A stretch of DNA of 63,148 nucleotides, the filler included, from Collodictyon triciliatum (lineage: Eukaryota), in NCBI GenBank assembly GCA_043381765.1. It is 5 parts of 4 records of this genome, joined end to end, with 100 filler letters (N's around TTAATTAATTAA, not from the genome) between each part and the next. Parts side by side here need not be neighbours in the genome. Positions count along the whole stretch, not along the records: positions 1 to 19,162 come from JBHJMP010001307.1; positions 19,263 to 26,799 come from JBHJMP010001309.1; 3 more parts are not named here. One strand, written 5' to 3'. The notes under the pieces were generated by a model, which was given only the letters and a program-made list of their open reading frames with translations, did not search any database and had not been told where the DNA came from. Made by a program: the position numbers and the translations under genes. This document shows, one piece after another, positions 13,429 to 24,561 of the stretch. Each line of letters begins with the position of its first letter. Positions within the stretch are counted from its first letter, which is position 1.

Positions 13429-15290
13429 TTTCAGACGAAGAAAAGAAAACGCCTCGAGTCTGATAGTCTAAAGTCTGTAAAACCAGACTATCGAAATGTG
13501 AAAACATCTCGAAAGTCGATTGTAAAGAATGCGGATGACTATAACACAATCAACGATACGGGTTTATTGTGTCATAATTTGGTTACCGACACTTATCTGT
13601 TTGTAACATGTTACATATTGAAATCACAACAACCCCAACAATCGATGGAATGAAGTTTTTTTTTGTACGCTTCAAAGACAGTCGGAATAGTTTCACAAGA
13701 TAGACCCGCAAGTTTAAAAACAACCAGATATGAGAGATGACATGATGACTTTTTATCTCTATGATTTTTCGATTCCTTATATCCCAAGAAGAATGCTTTC
13801 CGTTGGTTGGAATGTCTCATGTAATGTCGTACTTGGCGAAGCAAATGTTAACAGCTTATCATAATAACATTAAGGAACATTTTGCAAAGAGGTTACTGCG
13901 CTTTATAAATCAAACAGCTCCTCAAGATGAGAATATGATGGAAGCTATTAAAAAGACAGAGTTACGAAAGTTAAAAAAAAGCCATCTTCAAGATTCTCGA
14001 CATACCGGAGCAATATCAAGAATGGGCTATAACGCATTTGCATCGTATCATTCCCAGCGATATTGTAAATGATATCAAATATGACGTCAAAGTCAATCCA
14101 AATAAGTACATTCCATGTCTAATTTACATGAATCGCATTTTTGAGGATGTTGGAACCAAACTGTTTCGACCAATCCCTATAAGAACTACCAATATATCAT
14201 GTCATATTACTCTAGATACTGCACGTTTGATAGATATATGAGTATTGTCTGGAAAAACATCGTTAATGAAGAATATATCAGGATGCAAAGAGACCCTATG
14301 GGATGATTATTTTTAAATGAAGAAGAGGGTCTTTCGTCAAACAGACTACAATTTCAAATACTTGATACAAACAGACAACTTGGCGGTATTATTATTGTTT
14401 GAAAAGGAAGGGATTTCAAATTTAAAATTCCTATTTAATCAAAAGACTCAAAAATATGTCGACAGATGAGCTTTCCGAAGAGCAGCTATCTTTATTAGCG
14501 ACAAAAAAGAAAGTCGGAGCGGACGCAGGCAAGTTTAATCTGGTTTACATGGTAGATGAGACAGGTAAGAAATTACGTTACACAGCACCCCAAACAAGAC
14601 ATGATAGCAAATCTCTTAAAAATAATAAAATACTCTTGCGCGAGAAAAAAAAAAGTACAATGCTTCAGATTTATATATGACGACAGATTTACAAAGTGCT
14701 GTTTCTTTCGGTCTCAGGACTTTTGAAGAGAATCAGCAGTTTGAGACATCAAGAGCATCTTTAATCGATTAAGAGACAGAACTGAGTAAACAACACTCAT
14801 GAGCGGTCGATTATGATAAATTTCGAAAATATGTATCAATGAAATCAAGATGCCACATAGAATTTTCACGATTTTATGAACAAGAAACTTTTCGAAAGAT
14901 GAGAAAGAGACAGTATGTTAATACAAAAAGAAGTGAACAGTTGTTTATGAACTGAATCGAAAAGACATTTGGCAAGGACGTTGTACTGGCGTATGGAGAC
15001 TGGAGCAGAAAATGTTCGATGAAGCATTTCATGGCAACAATCGGAAGAGGGTTATAAAAAAAATACCATCCAAACATTTTGAAACAGTTTGTGTAAATGA
15101 ATTTAGAACATCCAAGATATGCTGCAACTGCGAAAAAGAACTGGAACATATGAAACTGAAAGGAAATACGAAAAAAGGTTGTACAGTTGTCTCATAAGTA
15201 AAGAATACAATCGGTCAGAAAGCAAACAAAGTGTATTCTTGACAAGGGACATTCACAGCGATAAAAAATATACTCAAGAAAGCGCCTTTA
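13429..15290 (+). pseudogene. Fanzor1 (eukaryotic TnpB-like RNA-guided endonuclease) pseudogene
   Basis: Collinear fragments: KTSRKSIVK..INDT..CHNLVTDTYLF; SYLAKQMLTAYHNNIKEHF..RFIN; YDVKVNP..LIYMN..KLFRPIPIR..HITLDT; LIQTD; RuvC-I VGADAGKFNLVYM (D 14522-14524); VVLAYGDWSR; RuvC-II/zinc finger VNEFRTSKICCNC (E 15099-15101); RuvC-III FLTRDIHS (D 15248-15250). Several in-frame stops and frameshifts; no intact start codon. Confidence 0.92.
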
Positions 15291-15326
15291 ATGATTCAAA
15301 AATGCATACACCTTCCTCTAAAAAAC

Positions 15327-15490
15327 AGGCTGTTGGGTCTTTCCTGGCAGCCTTCACCACTACACAATCCTTGTGAAACAAGTGGTGAGACATTGGATAC
15401 TAGTGCACCAGGTTTACCAATCGAAAGATTTTATCATCCTTCTAGTGAGTAATAAAATGTGAAATACTTATTTGAAATGTTTATAAATAC
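15327..15490 (+). ncRNA. Candidate Fanzor omegaRNA (fRNA) scaffold
   Basis: Immediately 3' of RuvC-III: hairpin AGGCTGTTGGG-tcttt-CCTGGCAGCCT (15327-15353, 11 bp including G-U), hairpin TCACCACT-a-CACAA-tcc-TTGTG-aaaca-AGTGGTGA (15354-15388), and AATC-GAAA-GATT tetraloop (15419-15430). The position matches known Fanzor/TnpB RNA loci. Confidence 0.6.
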
Positions 15491-16102
15491 TGGATTGTTA
15501 GAATAAGGAATAGGATTTAAGCGTTGGCCACAAGGCGTCGCTTTTGTTTATGTGGTGCGAGTGGGCTGGTTGTCTGATTTTCTCTGTTGGACGCGCATCC
15601 CTTGAAGCAAAACGCATCTTTCAATAGATAAAAAAAAAATCTTAATTATCAACTTTTGGCGCATTAAGTAAGAATCGCCAAATATCGTCAAGATAAGAGT
15701 CTATGCCGCATCCAAGTGTGTCAATTTTGGCTATAGTGGGCGGGTAGTACAAATTTTTATTTTATTTTTATTAGTTCTCGCGAAGATTACCACACAATAC
15801 TCCAAGAGACACAGAAGGATATCGTCTGAATAGGGTTTCATTCCACTGTGTAACCGTATTTCAAATGTAAATTCTTCTTGCGTGGCCGATATAAAAACGA
15901 ATTCTGGACTTGACAGTAGGGACGATAAAAAGAATGAAGAAAATGGAGATGCACACCAACATTCACCAACGCACCACCATCCACCAAACAGAGAGATGAG
16001 AAAAGCAGCGAGGATAAAGAAAACAGCAGAAATTCTCGCAAAAAGAGGAGGGACAAGTGAATAGAAAAGGTATGAAAAAAACTAGAGTGTCGACCTAGGC
16101 CT

Positions 16103-19100
16103 TCAGTAGTGGGCCAAACCAGGGCGGATGGGTCCCGCAGAGCTCGCACGATATGATGTGCGCTGTTCACGGCCTGGTGTCGAGGAGGTAACCTCTGATT
16201 GGGGCTGATGTCTACTTGGCTCAGAACGGCGTCCAATAACATCACCTCTCCTTTTTTTTAAAAAAAATAATAAAATTATTCGATAATAGTAATTGAAATA
16301 GTAATAGCAATAGTAATAGTAATAGTAATAGTAATAGTAATAGTAATAGTAATAGTAATAGTAATAGTAATAGTAATAGTAATAGTAATAGTAATAGTAA
16401 TAATAATGACAATAACAATGATTGAATTGGAGCCAAAACAGCAAATAATTCACTTATTTGATTTGAAATAGGAAAGAAAAGTGTGGGTACGAGAAAATAG
16501 ATTATTTACAAAGACTGTCCCATTAACTGCCTCGAGTTCTCTCGATTGGCATCTGTATATTGGCTACGCTTAGTGCTCTCGATATTCTGAGCATGCTCAG
16601 CTTCCTGTCTCCAATACTCTGCCTGTTGGTCACAGAGGTTTATTTGTTGGCGCCTGCGTTCCTATTTTGTAGTAAAAGGTTTGAATCGTAGGGGACATAG
16701 TACAAGGAGAATAAATCCATATACTTTCTACATTCAACTGCTTTTTTTTTTATTTTTAGAAATCACAAGATGAACCTCTTTTGTCTTGAGTATGTGCTCG
16801 ACCGACAGCCGAGTATCTTCCCTGTCTCGCAGAATTTTCTGAATGCGACGAAGCTCCTCCTGCTTTAGCCGTCCTTCGTGAACTCGTCTCTCATTTTGGG
16901 CTCTTACTTCGTCCTATTTCCAAGTACAAAAAAAAAATATAAAAAAATTATCATCCATTAGTTTCGTTCGCACTTCAATGGGTCTGCTTGGCGCAGTACT
17001 ATAGCATACTTCGTGAGACTTTTCGTTAGCAGATTTGATGTACGGTTCGGTCACAGCAGTAGCCCGAGCAAAGCGCCATTCTTTCGCATACCGATCAACA
17101 TATTCCCTTTCGTTTAACTAACAATGGAGTATATTGAAAAATAATGGATTTTACAATTATTCAAGTCCTAGGAAATCCCTTGACTAGACATTCTGATTTC
17201 CAATCTTACATTTCGGTCGTAATTTTCAGCAAGCTTTTCCAGCATATCTTGGTCTTCCATCATTCCCCGCACGATTAATTCTTTCTTAACCCGAAACTTC
17301 TCTTCGTTTGAAGCCAGTCCTTGGAGTAAGTCGGCGTGCCTCTATATTTATTTAAATAAGAGTATTAAAGAAACAGCCATTGATGAAATGTGAAAAAAGT
17401 ATGTACAATCAATTGCATTAAGGCTTTATTATTAGAGTACCTTGTCAGCTTCGAGTTGATGGATTCGCCTTGCTCTCTATGAATGGAGAGATGCACAAAA
17501 AGGAGAAGAAAAGAGCAAATCAGTGTCACAATAGAATGACATATGATTATGAACTTCAGAAGACTCTGGAAGTATGCACAAAAGAATGAAATAGTCACAT
17601 TTAGATCGTCTTTGATAGACTCAGCCAACTCTTCTTGTTCATTGCGCTCCAAGCTTCTTTCCGTTGCCCTGCTTTTTACTTTGTAAACCATTTCATTTAT
17701 TCTAGCGGCGTTGTCTTGTCTCTTTTTTATCAAGTTGTTGATATCTTCTACATCCTCGTCGATCAAGCTGATGTCTCCTGTGGCTGTGTATTTTGCTGCC
17801 TCTTCCTCTTCGTGGTTGCGCTGCCTTCTCATATTATCATATTTCTCCTTGGACTAAAGTAAGGAAGGTATGAAAACTATGGGATAGTGAACTATCTCAT
17901 ATATGAAAATAAATATATATGCCATTAAAAATATTACTTAAATACAAACGTCTTATTTACACAATCCAAATATGACAAATCAAAATGAATTACCATCTCA
18001 GTGAGCCTCGAGTTCATCAAATTCTTTTGAAGAATAACCCTGCTTCTTTCATTCATAATATCAGCCATGTGAGCATTTGTGTCTGCATAAGAACCCATTA
18101 CCCAGACATCAGCAGCATCTGAAATAATGTTCAAGTTGGTGGTTAATTGTTTTTGAGAGTATATATCATAGATAATATGTTCGTGCGGCGATCATGGTTT
18201 AACTTCAAATTTACTTCTTCATTTATTTACATATAGTGAATAACTACCATCGGGATTCACATAAGTGTAATATTCAGCCGTGCTCCACGAAGATTGAGGC
18301 CTGCTTTGCTCTATCGACTTTGGAGTCTTAAAGAAGAATGCATAATTATATCCAGTACCAAGGGTAGGCAATAAATGTACAATTGCCTTTTATATCATAT
18401 CATCGAAATACAATGACGGGCGGCATGAGAGATATATGACAGACAAATAAAAAAAAAATACAGATAAGCTTCTAGAATATGATGTCCCCGGTCGGGAACT
18501 GATTGTTCCGTGGACCTTTCTTCTAAAGTCATGCTCGATTCTCTCTGATGTAATTGGGTAATATGATTCAGCTTTAGACAACAAAAAGAGAAAAGGCTGC
18601 GTGCCTGTAGTCAGTTCCAATTTTCGAATAGTATTAGTCACTTTGCAAGAAATAAGACAGTTACTGATACTTACGGACTCTTTTTTGGAGCATTTCAAGC
18701 TCGGCCATTGATATTGACGGAAGAGCACCCATTTCATCAACAGCCCTCTCGATGGCCTCTTTCAAAGCTGGCTCCATATTCTTTGGTTTGAAAACATAGT
18801 TCATGAGTTTTTTGGAACATATCTAATACATAATCAAAACTCCTCTTGCGTGATATAGAACGCGGCATATAGTAGCAAATAGAAGAAAAAAGAAAAAGCG
18901 CCGAATGTAAAATTATACCACCTATATAAAAAAAATTACAGAAAAATAGAAAAATAAAACCAACAAAAAGGCCCAGTGTATTGGTCTTGATAGGATTGGA
19001 GCTAGTAGAAGATTGAAAAAAAATGGAGAGAGAGGGAGAGGCAGAGAGATGGACTCTGCAGACAACTCACAGGTTTGACAAACTTGACTTTGAGGCGAGC

Positions 19101-19160
19101 GAGGAGCGACTCCTTCCGCCTCTCATGGCCAAGCAGCTGCTCCAGTCTGCCCCGGCGCAT
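16103..19160 (-). CDS. Multi-exon coiled-coil (E/R/Q-rich, trichohyalin-like) protein, possibly ciliary; 5' end uncertain
   Basis: Exons such as INNLIKKRQDNAARINEMVYKVKSRATERSLERNEQEELAE, QEELRRIQKILRDREDTRLSVEHILK, ERRRQQINLCDQQAEYWRQEAEH; last exon ...PGLAHY*. Confidence 0.6.
16311..16403. repeat. (TAGTAA)n intronic microsatellite
   Basis: Perfect hexamer run. Confidence 0.95.
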
Positions 19161-19162
19161 AT

Positions 19163-19262
19163 NNNNNNNNNNNNNNNNNNNNNNNNNNNNNNNNNNNNNN
19201 NNNNNNTTAATTAATTAANNNNNNNNNNNNNNNNNNNNNNNNNNNNNNNNNNNNNNNNNNNN
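19163..19262. other. Artificial 100-nt assembly spacer (N44-TTAATTAATTAA-N44)
   Basis: Six-frame stop linker at 19207-19218 inside an N run. Confidence 0.97.
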
Positions 19263-19370
19263 TTTTTTTATGTGTCTTTTTTTTATGTGTCTTTTTTTTA
19301 TGTGTCTTTTTTTTATGTGTCTTTTTTTTATGTGTCTTTTTTTTATGTGTCTTTTTTTTATGTGTCTTTT
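19263..19370. repeat. 15-mer tandem repeat (TTTTTTTATGTGTCT)x~7
   Basis: Directly visible. Confidence 0.93.
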
Positions 19371-19875
19371 TATTCATCTGCGATCAGTTTTGGTTCGCTG
19401 GCGCCGGTGCGTAAACATGATTTATCTGGAATATATGGTGCTGTTCCCAACGCAACCAGCGAGACCAGAACTTTGATCCCACGGAGCCTTAAACACTCAC
19501 TCTTTCAGTCCCCTTCCCACACGCTATGCACTCCTCCACTTTATCGTTGATGCGATTGCGCGGCTGAGAGACTGGAAAAGCAGACTCATAGACCCATCTG
19601 GTCGAGAAGACTTGAAAGGGAGACGGAAATGCCGCCAACCCCTTACTTGATCCATTACCCTTTCTTCTCCTTTCTTCTCATTTTTTGTTATTTTCGTATA
19701 TTTTTTTTCCTTTTGGGCCGCAGGTAACACCGAGCTAGGAGCAACACAAGGCGAGCAGAAGTCGGTCTTCCACGCAAATTCACAACACCCTGGAGGCAAT
19801 GACGGTCGGTCCACCTTCGATGACACACTTCCTACTGGGGGCCTGCTTGATCTTTGCTGCGGTCGTCTTCCCCAT
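19370..19875 (-). CDS. Possible Alba-like (Rpp20/Mdp2-type) small nucleic-acid-binding protein
   Basis: Tentative splice gives MGKTTAAKIKQAPSRKCVIEVSQPRNRINDKVEECIALRGIKVLVSLVALGTA, resembling the Alba I.VS...V...V.L.ALG.A pattern. It needs one unusually short (35 nt) intron, and the C-terminal half is not evident. Confidence 0.3.
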
Positions 19876-20500
19876 TGTGTATCTCTATCGCAAGCACAAG
19901 ACACCAAACACCAAGCGCACCTGAGCGGCGACGACAGCAGATGCAAAAACCCAGGCAAATAAAAAAAAACAAAAACATCAGTATCGAAACAAAACGCGCT
20001 TTCATGCCCAATTAGATGAACATTATTTTTGTGGAAGTTATATTGTTTCTATTGTAACATATCATAATAGAGAATTTTATGCACACCTAATATTAAATAA
20101 GTAAATATATATAATCTATATTATGATGAATTTGGGAAATAAGTAAGACTTTAGCAATTACATCCCACCACGGTAGGAACAGCGTTTCTCCCGCGCCACA
20201 AACGAGCCTCTAGCGAAACCCGAATCCGACTTGTGGCCAATGGCCGATTCTCAAGCCACAAGCAGCTGTCCATTCCCACAACCATTCATATCCGCACGCT
20301 CGCCCCTTGCATGATGTCCCTTCACACAACACCCACGCACAGAAAGAGGCACAGAGAACACCGCATGGCCAGAGCCGAATGGACACACCAGACACCTGTC
20401 ACTAAGTCACCGAGCCACCGAGCCGCTAACAAAGAGACGACTCAATCAAACACACAGGCACAAGCAGAAGCAGAAGCAGAAGCGCAAGTACAGAACCGCC

Positions 20501-22581
20501 ATGACCAGCACACCGTCTGAAATCGGCCTTGTCGGGCTTGCCGTGATGGGGCAGAACCTTGCGCTCAACATCGCCAGCAAAGGCTTCCAGATCTCGGTCT
20601 ACAACCGCTCGGCCAACAAGGTGGACGAGACGGTCGAGCGTGCCCAGCGCGAAGGCAACCTGCCCCTGCTCGGCTTCAAGGATGTCCAGCAGTTCTGCGC
20701 CTCGCTGCAGCGCCCACGCCGCATCATCATCCTCGTCAAGGCCGGCTCCCCAGTCGACGACACCATAGCCGCCCTCGTGCCCCACCTCGAGGCCGACGAC
20801 GTAATCATCGACGGTCTGTGACTTCCCCTTCTGCTGCCTCCACGCGCACTCATGCCTTTTGCGGCAGCTGCCCACCAGCCGCTCCCCGCCCCCTGCTTTC
20901 CCTGACGCGCCCTACCTCTTCTAATCCCCTTGCTTCTTCTCTTTTGTTCTCTCTGTTTGGGGGCGTGTAGGCGGAAACGAATGGTACCCAAATACCGAGC
21001 GCCGTGGAAAGGAGGCCACTGCAAAGGGCTTCCAGTATGTCGGCATGGGCGTCTCTGGCGGCGAGGAAGGAGCCCGCTATGGCCCGGCCCTCATGCCTGG
21101 AGGACCAAAGGTTGGTTAAGACCCTGCTTCTGAACTGGACACGTGTGCACTCACCTTGCCGATCACCTTTTTTTTTCCTTTCCTTTATTTGATTTGATGT
21201 TTTTGCCCGATCGCCTTGCTGTGCGGTTGCTGGCCTGTGAGCCATTCGAGAGAGAGGAGCAGGGGTTCTCCTTGTTTTTCTCTTGTGTCGTCTACTGATA
21301 TATGCTGCGTTATGTAGGCCGCGTATGATCTTCTTGAGCCTGTGTTGACAAAGGTCGCTGCCCAGGTAGACGATGGACCCTGTGTTACCTACATTGGCGA
21401 GGGTGGTGCTGGAAACTATGTCAAGGTGCAGTCTCGATGTCTTGCTGTCCTTTTCTGTCCTGAATACATCTTAATATTGATTTGTATCCTATTTGTTACA
21501 TATTTTTCGTTTCTTTCCTTCTGCTTGGTTGTGTGGTATGGGTGTTTTCTTCATTTTTTTAAACCTTGTAAATGGAATAGAAACAGCCTTTATGAACACA
21601 TCTATTTTCCTTTCACATGCCTGTCTTACAATTACCCAGATCTTAGCACATCTCTGTATGTCATTTGAGTTGTCAATATCTAATGCAAGTCAACTCACTT
21701 TGGCTCAATTAGATGGTTCACAATGGCATTGAGTACGGAGACATGCAGCTTATCGCAGAGGCTTACGACATCCTTCGCAATATCGGAGGTATAATATTAA
21801 TACTATGAGTATGATCCCGAATAAGATCACATCCAAAAAATTTAAGCTCCCCTTGCAAATCTACAAGCCATTTAAAGATCTCCACCTCACGTGAAATGAC
21901 AGCCACGCAGGCAATCTTGAGACTCTACAAGAACCACACAATAGCAATTCTTTAACGGATTGTAACATGCTCTCTACTAGGTCTGACCAACGAGGAGCTT
22001 CAGCAGGCTTTCACCGAGTGGAACCAAGGAGAACTCAAGAGCTTCCTGATCGAAATCACTGCCACCATCTTCGGAAAGAAGGATGCCACTGTAAATAGAC
22101 AAATAATGAAATAATACCTATGGCACATCCCTATCTCATTAGACGTTGGTTCTGTCATTTTATGCCAGTGAAACCGAGCATGAATTTGCCTCCATACTTA
22201 TTATTCTTTTAATTCTACTAGGGTCATATCGTCGACTATATCCTCGACAAGACCGGCATGAAGGGAACCGGAACATGGACTGTCAAGGAATTCGCTGGTA
22301 TTGCCTCTTTATTTGGCACTTTATTTATACGGTTTAAAATAGCCCAAACTTGTGTATTGATAGTTACCTTCAAGATACAATTAGCACGATTTTCCTTATT
22401 TATGAGCGTAAGTTTAAGTTTAACACTTTGACAAACACAGAGAGATGTGTCCCTGCTGCCACAGTCGCCGCTGCCCTGGATGCCCGTTACATCAGGTACT
22501 CATCATATCCAGACATACAGCTGGTATATAATATGATTAACACTCAGTGTCTCATATGTGTTGGTTTTATTGTTATTATTA

Positions 22582-22680
<99 letters not shown>

Positions 22681-24116
22681 CCTTACCTTATGTCAATGTA
22701 CCTGTGCTCTATTTTGGTTGCTTTCCTCAGAAGAAATTTTGATGGGTTTCAGGACTGATCCTTAAATATATTCTATGTCTGCAGCGCATTGAAGGATGAG
22801 CGTGTTGCTGCATCCCAAATCCTGACTGGCCCGACCATCATACCCGCTGCTGATAAGAAGGTTCGTCATTTAACACAAGTGGAGGACTTATTTGTACCTC
22901 CTTTTTTTTTTGGGAACATGAAAAAGCCGCGAACGCGCTGGGTTCAGTGCGTTAACTGTTATCTGCCTTAACTGACGACTCAGTGACTCCATAACTAAGC
23001 GATATTCGATTCCTAATTATTGTTTTTTTCCCCTTTTTTTTGCTAATTCATCAGCAACTTGTTGATGACGTCCGCCAAGCTCTCTATGCCTCCAAGATAT
23101 GCAGTTATGCCCAGGGTATGAACCTCATCCGCAAGGCTGGCATTGAAAATGGCGTAAGTCTGCATATTTCCCAATCTAATCCTCTTCCACTTTGACCTTG
23201 ACCTAGGGTGGTATCTGTCCTAATCATTCTTATCCCTCCGTTTGCATCCCCTCATTTCTCTTTGCTGTATGTTTTGTAAGCGAAGCAAACCCCCCAGTAC
23301 TAGCGGTACTCTATAGATGGAGAAACTGTCACTTATTTCGCTCCCTCTTTACCAATATCACTATGGTGATAAATTATATAACCAGATTTTGAAGCAAATA
23401 CTCAATGCTTTATTTTCTTCTCCTTCTCTACTCATTTCTTTCTTCCATTCCTCGTTCTGACACAGTGGAACTTGAATCTGGGCTCGATTGCGCGCATCTG
23501 GAAGGGAGGCTGCATCATCCGAGCCATCTTCCTTGACCGCATCAAGGCAGCATACGACCGTGACGCCAACCTGCCCAACCTACTTGTGGACCCCGAATTC
23601 GCCCGTGAGCTGAACGAGCGCCAAGGCGCATGGAGACGCATTGTTGGGCTTTGCGCCACAAACGGCATTGCCGCCCCGGCATTCAGCGGCAGTTTGGCCT
23701 ACTTTGACAGCTATCGCCGTGCCCGCCTCCCAGCCAATCTTATCCAAGCACAGGTAAACCCTTGCCTGCCTTTACCATACAAAAATAATAATCAAACAAA
23801 CCATGTCCCTGCATAACGAATCAGGGTACAACAATAATGCTCTCGTGTCTATTCCCCTTGTACCCTTTCTTGCACATTCCTTCACAATACCTGTGACATA
23901 CACAAAGAAGTCATCGCGCATGTTGCTGCGTCCTGGATATCTTGCCCTTGTAGATTGATAGACAGAAGGGAGAAAGGAAAAAAAAATGGGAAATCCTGGA
24001 TAGTCTAATGAAAACTTCCACCATTCTTTATGTAGCGCGACTTCTTTGGTGCGCACACATACGAGCGCACAGACATTGCCGGCGCCTTCCACACCGAATG
24101 GAACTCTTCCCTCTAA
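20501..24116 (+). CDS. gnd: 6-phosphogluconate dehydrogenase, decarboxylating (11 exons)
   Basis: [81 protein letters not shown]...EWNSSL*. All 10 introns are GT-AG and phase-consistent. Confidence 0.98.
22569..22678. repeat. (TTA)n intronic microsatellite
   Basis: Trinucleotide run in gnd intron. Confidence 0.96.
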
Positions 24117-24487
24117 AGAAAAGGAGAAGAAAAAGAAAGAAAGAAGAGAGAGCCCCCGCCCAAGGACGATAAGGCCGAGCACCACAGCACACCACGTACA
24201 ACTTCCCCTCAACACTAGACAATAAAATCCCGACACAGCACACCTATAAGCCCAAAAAGCCAAGACCTGCCGCCCGCAGCATCCTCTGCATCCACATACG
24301 CGTGTTCGCATCTCCCCTCTTTCGCTTTCCCCCCTCCAGACCCACTCACCGAGAAAGCAAGACGGCGACTGCTGCTGCGGGAACCTTCCCACCCCAGACA
24401 GACCACTTGTTCCCAATGGGCGCGTTCCCAAGCGACGCATTCCTATGCAGCCCACAAGGCCGGTCTGCGGCTGCCAGGACACAGAAG

Positions 24488-24545
24488 CGACAAGGAGAAG
24501 CAACAAGGAGAAGCAACAAGGAGAAGCAACAAGGAGAAGCGACAA
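24488..24545. repeat. 13-mer tandem repeat (GCAACAAGGAGAA)x~4 upstream of the SPX-RING start
   Basis: Directly visible. Confidence 0.85.
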
Positions 24546-24561
24546 TAACCAGGAACAGAGG

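Larger units (their letters stand above)
13054..15530 (+). mobile_element. Non-autonomous Fanzor1-carrying transposon relic (boundaries approximate)
   Basis: Contains a decayed Fanzor ORF and a structured 3' end. It is flanked by a 10-bp direct repeat GCGTTGGCCA (13054-13063 and 15521-15530) and has a short inverted match CATTTCAAA (13100-13108)/TTTGAAATG (15471-15479). No transposase was seen. Confidence 0.6.

Noticed and set aside
14239-15057. Fanzor in-frame TAA/TGA as evidence of an alternative genetic code
   Set aside because: Frameshifts co-occur, and host genes end in TAA, TAG and TGA normally; this is pseudogenisation
12860-15750. Wider TIR pair ACTACC...GCCAAA (12860-12900 versus 15725-15750)
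   Set aside because: Matches are short with inconsistent spacing; not distinguishable from chance
19263-19370. Regular 15-mer repeat as a possible CRISPR-like array
   Set aside because: Head-to-tail with no unique spacers; low-complexity tandem repeat
22932-22953. 9-bp hairpin in a gnd intron as a box C/D snoRNA
   Set aside because: No convincing C box or rRNA-complementary guide
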